Origin: Spirochaetaceae bacterium
GTDB lineage: Bacteria > Spirochaetota > Spirochaetia > Treponematales > Breznakiellaceae
Direction: 5' to 3'
Length of the DNA stretch: 15,190 nucleotides
Assembly: GCA_031290405.1 (NCBI GenBank)
Contig: JAITNO010000036.1
Coordinates: 1 to 15,190 of the forward strand
The position numbers and the translations under genes were made by a program. Below the pieces are notes generated by a model. The model saw only the letters and a program-made list of their open reading frames with translations, did not search any database and was not told the DNA's origin. Positions 8,029-15,151 of the stretch are shown piece by piece. Numbering within the stretch: position 1 is the first letter of the stretch; each line of letters starts with the position of its first letter.

Positions 8029-9390
8029 CTATTCCACAGCCTCTCCCGCCTCCAGAGAACCCAGGAAGCCCGGCAGGTCCAGGCCCGCCTGCTTCGCAAT
8101 GTCGTGGAGGGGCGGCAGAGCCTTGACCAGACTCCGCATGAAGTTCGAGGTTGAGCTGCCCTCGCCGGTGGGACTGTCCCAGATGGTAATCTTGTCGATC
8201 TTGATGTTCTTGATGGCCTCGGTCTGCATCTTGACGATCTCTTCGAGCTTTTCGACCAGGAGCAGCGTCGCCGCGCTCTTCGCATCGCTGTTCGCCGCCG
8301 CGACGAGGGTCTGGTAGCCGCCGGCCTTCGCGTCCAGCACCTTCTTGATGCCCTCAGCCTCGGCGCTCTTCACCATGAGGATCGCGTCCGCTTCGCCCCG
8401 CGCGACAAGCCGCTGCTGCTCGGCGCTCGCCGCCGCGTTAATCTCGACCTTCCGCTTTTCGATCTCGCGCGGGACAACCTCCTCGGCCTCCAGACGCCGC
8501 TGTTCGGCAAGCGCCTTCGCCCGCTGGATCTCCGCCTCGGCCTCCTGCTGGGCAACCTGCGCGCGCTGCTCAGCCTCGGCCTGCTTCTCGGCGAGCGTCG
8601 CGTTCGATGAGGCAATCTCGGCCTTCGACGTGTTCTCGCCCTCGACCGCCCGCGCGTTGAAGTCCGCAATCTGGATGCGCTGCTCCTTGTTGAAGTTCGC
8701 AACCTGCACCTGCTGGTTCATCTTCGCCTCGGCCTCGCCGACGGCGCCCTTCTTGTCCTGCTCGGCCACGTCCACCTTCGCCTGGTTGATCGCCGTAAAC
8801 GCCGCCCGCTTCCCGATGCTGTCGATATAGCCGGACTCGTCGGTAATGTCCGTCACGTTCACGTTGATAAGGCAGAGCCCGATCTTGTCAAGCTCGATGT
8901 CGATGTTCTTGCGGATCGCGTCCAGGAAACGCTCCCTGTCCTGATTGATCTGCTCGATGGTCAGCGAGGCGACCGTGAGGCGGAGCTGCCCCAGGATGAT
9001 CTCCGTCGCCATCGACTCGATGTCCTTGTTGCCCAGCCCCAGCAGGCGCACCGCGGCGGAGTTCATGCTGTCAGTCTCGGTGGCGATCGCCACGGTAAAC
9101 GTGCTGGGCACATTGACGCGGATGTTCTGCTGCGAGAGCGCCGCCTTGAGCGGAATGTTGATCGTCATTGGCGTCAGGTCCAGATAGCGGTAATCCTGAA
9201 TCAGCGGCCAGACGAAGGCCCCCCCTCCGTGAAGGCAGCGCGCCGAACGCCCCCCGCTGATTTTGCCAAAGACGACGAGCACACGATTCGACGGGCAGCG
9301 CTTATAGCGGCTCGCGATAAACACGATGAGCACAAAGATGAAAATCGCCAGAAAGACGACCGACATCAAGGTAAAGTTAAAACTGTACAT
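8029..9390 (-). CDS. Flotillin-like SPFH/band-7 membrane protein (YqiK/FloT type)
   Basis: 453 aa. N-terminal TM helix (SVVFLAIFIFVLIVFIA). The SPFH core is RYKRCPSNRVLVVFGK...VWPLIQDYRYLDLTPMTINI...TIEQINQDRERFLDAI. A long A/E/Q-rich coiled-coil region follows (AEKQAEAEQRAQVAQQEAEAEIQRAKALAEQRRLEAEE). A strong SD, GGAGG, lies 7 nt upstream of the ATG at 9390. Confidence 0.85.
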   Translation of the reverse strand: MYSFNFTLMSVVFLAIFIFVLIVFIASRYKRCPSNRVLVVFGKISGGRSARCLHGGGAFVWPLIQDYRYLDLTPMTINIPLKAALSQQNIRVNVPSTFTVAIATETDSMNSAAVRLLGLGNKDIESMATEIILGQLRLTVASLTIEQINQDRERFLDAIRKNIDIELDKIGLCLINVNVTDITDESGYIDSIGKRAAFTAINQAKVDVAEQDKKGAVGEAEAKMNQQVQVANFNKEQRIQIADFNARAVEGENTSKAEIASSNATLAEKQAEAEQRAQVAQQEAEAEIQRAKALAEQRRLEAEEVVPREIEKRKVEINAAASAEQQRLVARGEADAILMVKSAEAEGIKKVLDAKAGGYQTLVAAANSDAKSAATLLLVEKLEEIVKMQTEAIKNIKIDKITIWDSPTGEGSSTSNFMRSLVKALPPLHDIAKQAGLDLPGFLGSLEAGEAVE

Positions 9391-9435
9391 AGGTAACCTC
9401 CACGTTACATTTGGATTTCTTATTTGACAGACGCT

Positions 9436-10038
9436 TCAAGCGCTTTTCTCCGTTCCCAGAAGGGCAACCGCCACGGTGCGCGAATCGACGACACGCGTGA
9501 TGACAACCCGCTGGAACGACGCAATCAAGGCGGCGCCGTCGCACACCGCGTCGGCCTCGCGCTTGACGCCGTTCACGCTGAAGCGCGCCCTCCCCGTCCC
9601 GCCTGAGGGAATCTCCATGTAGACCTCCGCCGTCGCCCCCACCGCGTCGGCAAGCGCGAAGACTTCGCCCGGGCTCTTCAGCTTCATGGCCAGATAGAAG
9701 AGCAGCGCGCTCAAGACCATCACCACCGCGCCCGCGGCCGTCGCAATGCCCAAGGAGGCGACAAACGGAAGCGTGTACTGGATGTAGGCCGCCAGGCCCG
9801 CCCAACCGAACATGGCGATAAAGCCCGTAATCGAGTTGAGCGAGAGGAGCTTGAACGCCGCGTCGCTCGCCGCCCCATCATGGGCGTCCGCGCCGCTTCC
9901 CGCGTCGTGACTCCCCGCGTCGGCGTCGGCGCCGAAGCCGCCGAATATGAGCAAGGCCACGCGGAGGAGGAAAAAGACCGACCCAAAGATCGCCGCAAAC
10001 CAAAACACGGGGCTCGCCCCTTCAAAAAAGTCCAGCAT
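9436..10038 (-). CDS. NfeD/YqiJ-like membrane protein with a C-terminal OB-fold; upstream partner of the flotillin gene
   Basis: 200 aa. Hydrophobic N-terminal and central TM segments, an acidic G/A/D low-complexity linker (GADADAGSHDAGSGADAHDGAASDA), and a C-terminal domain (...EIPSGGTGRARFSVNGVKREADAVCDGAALIASFQRVVITRVVD) typical of short NfeD proteins. A 45-bp gap separates it from the flotillin gene. This is the classic yqiJ-yqiK / yuaF-floT arrangement. Confidence 0.75.
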   Translation of the reverse strand: MLDFFEGASPVFWFAAIFGSVFFLLRVALLIFGGFGADADAGSHDAGSGADAHDGAASDAAFKLLSLNSITGFIAMFGWAGLAAYIQYTLPFVASLGIATAAGAVVMVLSALLFYLAMKLKSPGEVFALADAVGATAEVYMEIPSGGTGRARFSVNGVKREADAVCDGAALIASFQRVVITRVVDSRTVAVALLGTEKSA

Positions 10039-10177
10039 GGCTCAAGAGTACTCCAGGCAAGGAGTAAAGTATAGTGGGGAGGCGCGCCCCCCCCGCTCCG
10101 CCTCGCATAAGCCCATCGGCGCCTGCCCATCAGCGCGGCCCTAAGGTACAGGGCCGTTTTTGCCGACCATTGAAGGT

Positions 10178-11197
10178 ATGAGAAAGTTTGCATCCTTGTG
10201 CGCCCTTGCAGCCGTCTTCGCCGGCCCACTCGCGTTTCCCGCCGCCGCGCAAGACGCGCCGTCCGTTTCGCTCTCCCTGAGGTATTACGATAAAAAAATC
10301 TATTACCTCCAGGACGAAAGCCCCATCCGCGTTCAGATCGCCGTCTCCAACAATTCGGCCAAGCTCTATCATTTTAGGCTGGCCGACGAACGCGCCTTTT
10401 CCATCGACGTCGACGTAAAGACGCTCGCCAACCGCGCCGTCGAGCCCTCCGAAGTCGTCAAGCGCAAGCGGGCGTCGGCCGGGAGGGTCTTCTTCCGCGA
10501 CATTGCCATCGAGGCAGGCGAATCCTTTTCGTTCGTCGAAAACCTGCGCGACTATGCAAACATCAGCGCGGCAGGCGATTACATCGTTCAGCTCCGCCTC
10601 CACCCCGAGCTCTTGGACGGCTCAGGCTTAGGCAGGCAGAACACCCTGGCAGGCGGCGCAGAGGCGCAGGGAAGCGGGGCCTCCATCCTCCTTTCCAACA
10701 GACTCCCCCTCCACATCAAAGCCACGCCGCTTATCGGCGACGACGGCCTCCCCCTGGCCCTCGACGTGGAGACCAACGCCGTCATCGTTCGCGAAAAGCT
10801 CCCCCCCGACCAGGTGATAGATTGGACGCTTGGCGCGCGGCAGAAAACGCAGTGGGAAAAGTTCTTCCTTTACCTTGATGTGGAAAAGATGATCGTCCGC
10901 GACGGCGCGCGGCAGCGGCAATGGCGGGGAGAGTCCGAAGAGGGCAGGCAGAGGATGCTCGCCGATTATCGCGGCGAACTCCAAAAGTCCACCATTGACG
11001 GCGACGTCTCGTCCATCCCACTGGATTGGACAACCGAGCGGACAAGCTACAACCGCAACGAAGGAACCGTCGTCGTCCTTGAACGCTTCAAAACAGGCAA
11101 TTACATCGAGCGCAAACGCTTCACCTACTACCTTGAAAAAGAGGACGGCTACTGGCGCATCGTCGATTACGTCGTCGTCAACCTGGGAACGGAGTAG
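10178..11197 (+). CDS. Secreted hypothetical protein (N-terminal signal peptide MRKFASLCALAAVFAGPLAFPAAA|QD); function unknown
   Basis: ORF 10160..11197. The first ATG at 10178 gives a canonical n/h/c signal peptide; the TTG at 10160 would add only 6 aa. Normal composition; no family recognised. Its stop lies 6 bp before the DUF58 gene start. Confidence 0.65.
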   Translation: MRKFASLCALAAVFAGPLAFPAAAQDAPSVSLSLRYYDKKIYYLQDESPIRVQIAVSNNSAKLYHFRLADERAFSIDVDVKTLANRAVEPSEVVKRKRASAGRVFFRDIAIEAGESFSFVENLRDYANISAAGDYIVQLRLHPELLDGSGLGRQNTLAGGAEAQGSGASILLSNRLPLHIKATPLIGDDGLPLALDVETNAVIVREKLPPDQVIDWTLGARQKTQWEKFFLYLDVEKMIVRDGARQRQWRGESEEGRQRMLADYRGELQKSTIDGDVSSIPLDWTTERTSYNRNEGTVVVLERFKTGNYIERKRFTYYLEKEDGYWRIVDYVVVNLGTE

Positions 11198-11203
11198 CGG
11201 GGC

Positions 11204-12085
11204 GTGGAGCGCAACGAACTCTTACGCCGCATAAACACCTTCCCCCTCATCGCCGACGAACTGGCCCGCGACCTCCTCGCCGGCGACTTCCGTTCAGTCT
11301 TTCGCGGCGAAGGGATCGAGTTCGACGAAGTGCGCCTCTACGAACAAGGCGACGACGTACGCTCCATCGACCGCAACGTCAGCGCCCGTTACGGCAAACC
11401 CTATGTAAAACTCTACCGTGAAGAACGCGAGCTCACCGTCTTCGTCGCCCTCGACTGTTCAGCCTCGATGTTTGCCGGCAATCACAGCGCGACCGCCCCC
11501 AGCCGCTTCGACCAAGCCGTCCTCGTATCGGCCCTCATCGGCTTTTCAGCCGAACGCTCCGGCCAGCGCTTCGGGGCCATCTTCTTTGACAAGGAACCCC
11601 GCGCCGTATTCAAGCCCCGCAAAAGCCGCGCCCACGTCATGGCCTTCATCTCCGCCGCGCTCCAGGCCCACCCCAAAGAGCGCGGCACAAACGTAAACCT
11701 CGCCATCGCCGGCGCAGGGCGCCTCCTTAAGCGGCGCAGCCTCATCATACTCATCTCCGACTTTTTAAGCGTCGGCTGGGAAGCTGAACTCAGGGGCCTC
11801 TCCGAAAAGCACGACTGCATCGCCTGCCGCGTCGTCAACCCACTGGACGCCAGCTTCCCCAACGTCGGACTCGTTACCATCGAAGACCCCGAAACCGGGC
11901 AGCGCGTCACCGTCGACCCCGGATCCCGCGCCTTTCGCGCAGCCTGGTCGGAAGGAGCCGCCGCGCGCGCCGCCGCCTGGCAAAGCGCCTGCCGCCATGC
12001 CGGCGCCGCCGCGCTCAGCCTCTCCACCGCCGAAGACGCCGTAAGCGCCGTCAAAACCTTCTTCAACGCCCGCAAGCGCCGCTAA
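11204..12085 (+). CDS. DUF58-family protein (vWA-like, normally the MoxR-associated partner)
   Basis: GTG start. The N-terminal motif FRGEGIEFDEVRLYEQGDDVRSIDRNVSARYGKPYVKLYREERE matches the DUF58 signature (F.G.G.EF...R.Y..GDD.R.IDW..SAR......V..Y.EER), followed by a vWA-like core (VFVALDCSASM...). Confidence 0.8.
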   Translation: MERNELLRRINTFPLIADELARDLLAGDFRSVFRGEGIEFDEVRLYEQGDDVRSIDRNVSARYGKPYVKLYREERELTVFVALDCSASMFAGNHSATAPSRFDQAVLVSALIGFSAERSGQRFGAIFFDKEPRAVFKPRKSRAHVMAFISAALQAHPKERGTNVNLAIAGAGRLLKRRSLIILISDFLSVGWEAELRGLSEKHDCIACRVVNPLDASFPNVGLVTIEDPETGQRVTVDPGSRAFRAAWSEGAAARAAAWQSACRHAGAAALSLSTAEDAVSAVKTFFNARKRR

Positions 12086-12097
12086 AAGACAGCCGGC

Positions 12098-12745
12098 ATG
12101 ACAAGAATCGCCATCCTCTACGAAGACCAACGCTGCCTCGTCCTCAACAAACCCGCGGGACTGCCCGTACAAGGCGGCGAGCGCGTCAAAACCAGCCTCG
12201 ACGCCCTCCTCGCCAGAGAGTACGACCCACCGCCCCGCCTCGTCCACCGCTTGGACAAAGACAGCTCCGGCGTCATACTCGTCGCCAAAACCCCCCTCGA
12301 CGCCGCCCACTACTCCAAAATCATCGCCGGAGGCCGCGCCGTCAAAGAGTACCTCGCCGTCGTCGCCTGCGACGTCGACCCCCACGCCCCCCGCGCCGGC
12401 GTCATCAAAACAACGCTCTCCGTCAAAGGCCGGGACAAATACGCCGAAACCGGCTGGCGCATACTCCGCCAGACCCACGCTCCCGAAGGCGCCTGGACAA
12501 CCCTCCGCCTCCGCCTCCACACCGGACGCACGCACCAGATACGCCGCAGCCTTGCCCAAGAAGGCCGCCCCATCCTCGGCGACGACAAATACGGCGACTT
12601 CGCGCTCAACAGAAGGCTCCGCAAAGAGCGCGGCCTCAAAAACCTCCTCCTCCATTCCGCCCGCCTGGCCATCCCCCAGAGCGACGGCCCCCCCATCGAC
12701 GTCAGCGCTCCCCCGCCGCCCTACTTCGACGAATACCTCCGCTAG
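12098..12745 (+). CDS. RluA-family pseudouridine synthase (no S4 domain)
   Basis: 215 aa. Catalytic motif HRLDKDSSGVILVAKT, plus LRLRLHTGRTHQIRRSLA and ILGDDKYGD. The ATG lies 12 bp after the DUF58 stop. Confidence 0.85.
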   Translation: MTRIAILYEDQRCLVLNKPAGLPVQGGERVKTSLDALLAREYDPPPRLVHRLDKDSSGVILVAKTPLDAAHYSKIIAGGRAVKEYLAVVACDVDPHAPRAGVIKTTLSVKGRDKYAETGWRILRQTHAPEGAWTTLRLRLHTGRTHQIRRSLAQEGRPILGDDKYGDFALNRRLRKERGLKNLLLHSARLAIPQSDGPPIDVSAPPPPYFDEYLR

Positions 12746-12838
12746 GGGAAGGGCCCCCAGACCCACCCGCAGCCCAGCCCCCATCACCGGAGGAACGCCG
12801 ACACCCGACGCAAAGCGCGAAGACTTGACGTAAAAACG

Positions 12839-13153
12839 TTCGCCGCGACAAACAAACCATTCGCCGCGACAAACAAAACATTCGCCGCGACAAACAAAAC
12901 GTTCGTCGTGACGAACAAACCATTCGTCGCGACAAACAAAACGTTCGTCGTGACGAACAAACCATTCGTCGCGACAAACAAAACGTTCGTCGCGACAAAC
13001 AAAACGTTCGTCGTGACGAACAAAACGTTCGTCGTGACGAACAAAACGTTCGTCGCGACAAACAAAACGTTCGTCGCGACGAATAAAACGTTCGTCGCGA
13101 CGAATAAAACGTTCGTCGCGACAAACAAAACGTTCGTCGCGACGAATAAAATG
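12839..13153. repeat. Tandem array 2: 15 head-to-tail copies of an exact 21-bp unit (consensus TTCGTCGCGACAAACAAAACG), each carrying the 14-16-bp palindrome (G)TTCGTCGCGACGAA(C) or a single-arm variant of it
   Basis: 'ttcg' recurs at 12839, 12860, 12881, ... 13133, always 21 bp apart. There are three unit subtypes: A, ttcgtcgcgacaaacaaaacg (left arm perfect); B, ttcgtcgtgacgaacaaa(a/c)c(g/a) (right arm perfect); C, ttcgtcgcgacgaataaaa(c/t)g. Their order is A A A B A B A A B B A C C A C. The frame-preserving 7-aa ORF-track strings (TNKTFVA...; SRRTFC...) are artefacts of this array. Confidence 0.9.
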
Positions 13154-13464
13154 CGCTCGGCAGAGGGAAAAACGCCCTTTGTAGCTTGAAACGCGGTTGT
13201 TACGGCCTTAAACCGCCTTCGCAGCCGCAAAAGATTTTTACGATTGGAGCTGATTATGGACTGGGAACCCCGCGCCAGAGGCCGCGCCGGACCCCGCTCC
13301 GGAGGCAGCCCCGCAAAGACCCCCACGAGGGAGCCTGAGCCGCCCGCGACAGAGGCCGCGCCGGAGGCCAATGCGCGGGAAAGAATGAGCGATGAAGAGA
13401 GAACAGGGAGCGCTGCGAAAAGCTTTACCGCGAACGACAAACATATTTCGCGGCAGCCGCATCT

Positions 13465-13537
13465 TCCTTTGCTCTTTGCCCATGGCTCTTTGCTCTTTGC
13501 AAGCCCTCTTGACAAAAAACGCGATTTTGTCAAAAAT
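13465..13537 (+). promoter_or_regulatory. Candidate promoter/operator for the OMP gene: heptamer direct repeats (TCTTTGC x4-5) leading into -35 TTGACA (13509-13514), which sits inside a perfect 9-7-9 inverted repeat TTGACAAAA-aacgcga-TTTTGTCAA (13509-13533); -10-like AAAAAT (13532-13537)
   Basis: Read directly. tttgctctttgc occurs at 13468-13479 and again at 13489-13500 (21 bp apart). The IR arms are exact reverse complements. The -35 to -10 spacing is 17 bp. The -10 is a weak match. Confidence 0.45.
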
Positions 13538-13588
13538 AGCCAATCGGTCACGAACACCGCGACCGAAACATCTTATAAGGAGATATTT

Positions 13589-14359
13589 ATGATGATGATG
13601 AAAAAAGCAATGCTTTTAACGGCCGTAATGGCCACAGCGGGTCAAGCGATGTACGCGCTTGACATTAGTTTCGGCGGCGGCTTCCTCGCCGGCGCCACAG
13701 CCAACAAGATGCAGACGGAGGAGAAGAGTTTCAGCGGTTCTCTGTACAACCCCACGAATCCCAGTAGTCCTACATCTGTTAGCGGCGACATGAGCCTCGG
13801 ATACACCGTCAACGACACCGACGTCGGGTTCTTCGTGTTCGCCGATTGCACCTACGCGGAACTTTCCTTTGGATACCTTGAGCAAAACGGCACAGTTTCC
13901 AATACAAAACTAAAGACTACCGATCCTACTGCAGATCAGGGGCTTGCAATGTTACAAGTAACGCCTATCAAAAACGTGCCATACAAATCGACGCTCCTCC
14001 TCATCGACGCCATAGGAAAATATCCCGTAGCGTTCGGCGACAAGGTAAGCCTCTTCCCCGCCCTTGGCCTGTCGGCCCGCTTCGCCGTCGCCGGCAACGA
14101 TTACAGCGACTACAAACACGACGCAAACTGGGGCATCGGCCTCAAACTAGGCGGCGGCATGGACCTCAACGTAAGCGAGAAAGTCTACATCCGCGGCCAA
14201 TTCCTCTGCTACTTTGAGCTCGGCGCCGACAAAGACATAAAGATTGACGAAATGGCTCCCATATTGGGAATGCTCGGCACCGACACCACATTCAAAGTAA
14301 AAAGCGAAGGCTACTACATCCAGCCCCAAGTCAAACTGGCCGTCGGCTACAAACTCTAG
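13589..14359 (+). CDS. Putative outer-membrane beta-barrel protein (OmpW/opacity-like fold) with a signal peptide (MMMMKKAMLLTAVMATAGQAMYA|LD)
   Basis: SD AAGGAG (13577-13582) lies 6 nt before ATGATGATGATG. The mature part has alternating hydrophobic beta-strand patterning (VSLFPALGLSARFAVAGN; WGIGLKLGGGMDLNVSEKVYIRGQFLCYFELG; YYIQPQVKLAVGYKL). GC is lower (~52%) than the surroundings. The ORF track extends the frame upstream to 13244, but that extension contains the promoter/operator and precedes the SD. Confidence 0.6.
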   Translation: MMMMKKAMLLTAVMATAGQAMYALDISFGGGFLAGATANKMQTEEKSFSGSLYNPTNPSSPTSVSGDMSLGYTVNDTDVGFFVFADCTYAELSFGYLEQNGTVSNTKLKTTDPTADQGLAMLQVTPIKNVPYKSTLLLIDAIGKYPVAFGDKVSLFPALGLSARFAVAGNDYSDYKHDANWGIGLKLGGGMDLNVSEKVYIRGQFLCYFELGADKDIKIDEMAPILGMLGTDTTFKVKSEGYYIQPQVKLAVGYKL

Positions 14360-14375
14360 CCGCCCCCCACTCAGC

Positions 14376-14407
14376 AAAAACCCGCCGCCCCCACCGGCGG
14401 GTTTTTT
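14376..14407. terminator. Bidirectional rho-independent terminator (AAAAA-CCCGCCG-cccccac-CGGCGGG-TTTTTT) shared by the convergent OMP gene and the small minus-strand gene
   Basis: The 7-bp GC stem at 14381-14387 / 14395-14401 is flanked by an A-tract on the left and a T-tract on the right, 17 bp after the OMP stop. Confidence 0.8.
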
Positions 14408-14435
14408 ACGCGCGGGCGGGGGGGGGCAAACACGA

Positions 14436-14672
14436 TCATTCAGAAAGGAAATCAGGCCCATATTCCGCCGTCGCTTCCGCCAAATTCCAGCCGCCCTCTA
14501 ACAGCGCATCAAGACCAAGACGGTCTTCCAAAACGTGCGATTCCACGGTGAAGCGCTCCTTCATAGCGCGGCGCTTGATAAAAGGCCCCTGAACGGCAGG
14601 GTCAACCCCCGGAGTGGTTTTAGTCAAAAGTTCGTCAAGCTCATAGGCTTCTTCCTCGGTCATGTCAGACAT
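14436..14672 (-). CDS. Small hypothetical protein (78 aa from the internal ATG), last gene of the three-gene cluster and a candidate cognate partner of the BrnT-like protein. It does not resemble canonical BrnA.
   Basis: ORF 14436..14693. The start is taken at the ATG at 14672, 2 nt after the upstream gene's stop, rather than at 14693, which would overlap it by 29 nt. The sequence is MSDMTEEEAYELDELLTKTTPGVDPAVQGPFIKRRAMKERFTVESHVLEDRLGLDALLEGGWNLAEATAEYGPDFLSE. No ribbon-helix-helix GYQTLIN-type motif. Confidence 0.4.
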   Translation of the reverse strand: MSDMTEEEAYELDELLTKTTPGVDPAVQGPFIKRRAMKERFTVESHVLEDRLGLDALLEGGWNLAEATAEYGPDFLSE

Positions 14673-14925
14673 AATAAGCGCTCTCCTCCGCATAATGATA
14701 GAATTCTTTCCTGCACTTCATGGCATGAAAGACATTGTAACTTCCATTTGCCTTTATATTATACATTATTTCAAGCAAATTGCCATTCCGGTCAAAGCCC
14801 AAGAGCAAAAACTTGTTGGCATACTTAGAAAGCAAGCCGTCAAACACGACCGTTTCCAAAGCGCGATGAATATCTTCCCTAGTAACGCCATGCCGCAGGG
14901 CCGACTCGTTAATCTGGACGACCAT
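14665..14925 (-). CDS. BrnT-like (DUF497) putative ribonuclease toxin
   Basis: 86 aa. ...LRHGVTREDIHRALETVVFD... then ...KFLLLGFDRNGNLLEIMYNIKANGSYNVFHAMKCRKEFYHY. These align with the BrnT pattern I recall (KHGVSFEEA..VFFDP .... ERF..IG.....LL.VV.T.R....RIISAR.A...ER..Y), but the N-terminal FEWD box is missing. SD GAGGAG lies ~12 nt upstream. GC ~45%. Confidence 0.45.
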   Translation of the reverse strand: MVVQINESALRHGVTREDIHRALETVVFDGLLSKYANKFLLLGFDRNGNLLEIMYNIKANGSYNVFHAMKCRKEFYHYAEESAYYV

Positions 14926-14953
14926 AATCTAAGCATCTCCTCTTCAACCGTTT

Positions 14954-15151
14954 TCATGCAAGGGACAATGTGCCACTATGCCGGGCCGGTATCGCCTGCG
15001 GGTTTTCCTCCTGAGCAAGCTCGTATAAGTCCCTCAGCATATCTTCAAGCTCACCAATACTCGCCCCCTGCGTCCAATGATCAGGGTAAGCATTCAAGTA
15101 TCCCAAATACCAGCCGTCTTTTTCCTGCCAATACGTATAATCCAGTTCCAT
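14954..15151 (-). CDS. HicB-like antitoxin-domain protein (UPF0150 / HicB_lk_antitox, RNase-H-like fold), 65 aa from the internal ATG
   Basis: MELDYTYWQEKDGWYLGYLNAYPDHWTQGASIGELEDMLRDLYELAQEE matches the recalled ...EKDEDGGY.A.VPDLPGC.TQGDTLEEAL.N..EAIELYLE pattern. The ATG at 15151 has GAGGAG 6 nt upstream. The ORF track's earlier ATG at 15172 has only a weak SD. The upstream partner (hicA?) would lie beyond the window end. Confidence 0.5.
   Translation of the reverse strand: MELDYTYWQEKDGWYLGYLNAYPDHWTQGASIGELEDMLRDLYELAQEENPQAIPARHSGTLSLA

Noticed and set aside
12784-13557. ORF-track proteins with 7-aa repeats (TNKTFVA..., SRRTFC..., LFVATNV...) over the 21-bp array, on both strands
   Set aside because: They exist only because the 21-bp unit is a multiple of 3 and stop-free in several frames. 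All three overlap each other, have no credible starts or SDs, and their sequence is explained fully by the palindromic DNA repeat.
14766-14957. 63-aa minus-strand ORF (MKTVEEEMLRLWSS...) as a possible HicA-like toxin between the HicB-like and BrnT-like genes
   Set aside because: It overlaps the BrnT-like gene almost entirely in another frame. It has a cysteine/leucine-rich odd composition and no GSHH-type HicA motif.
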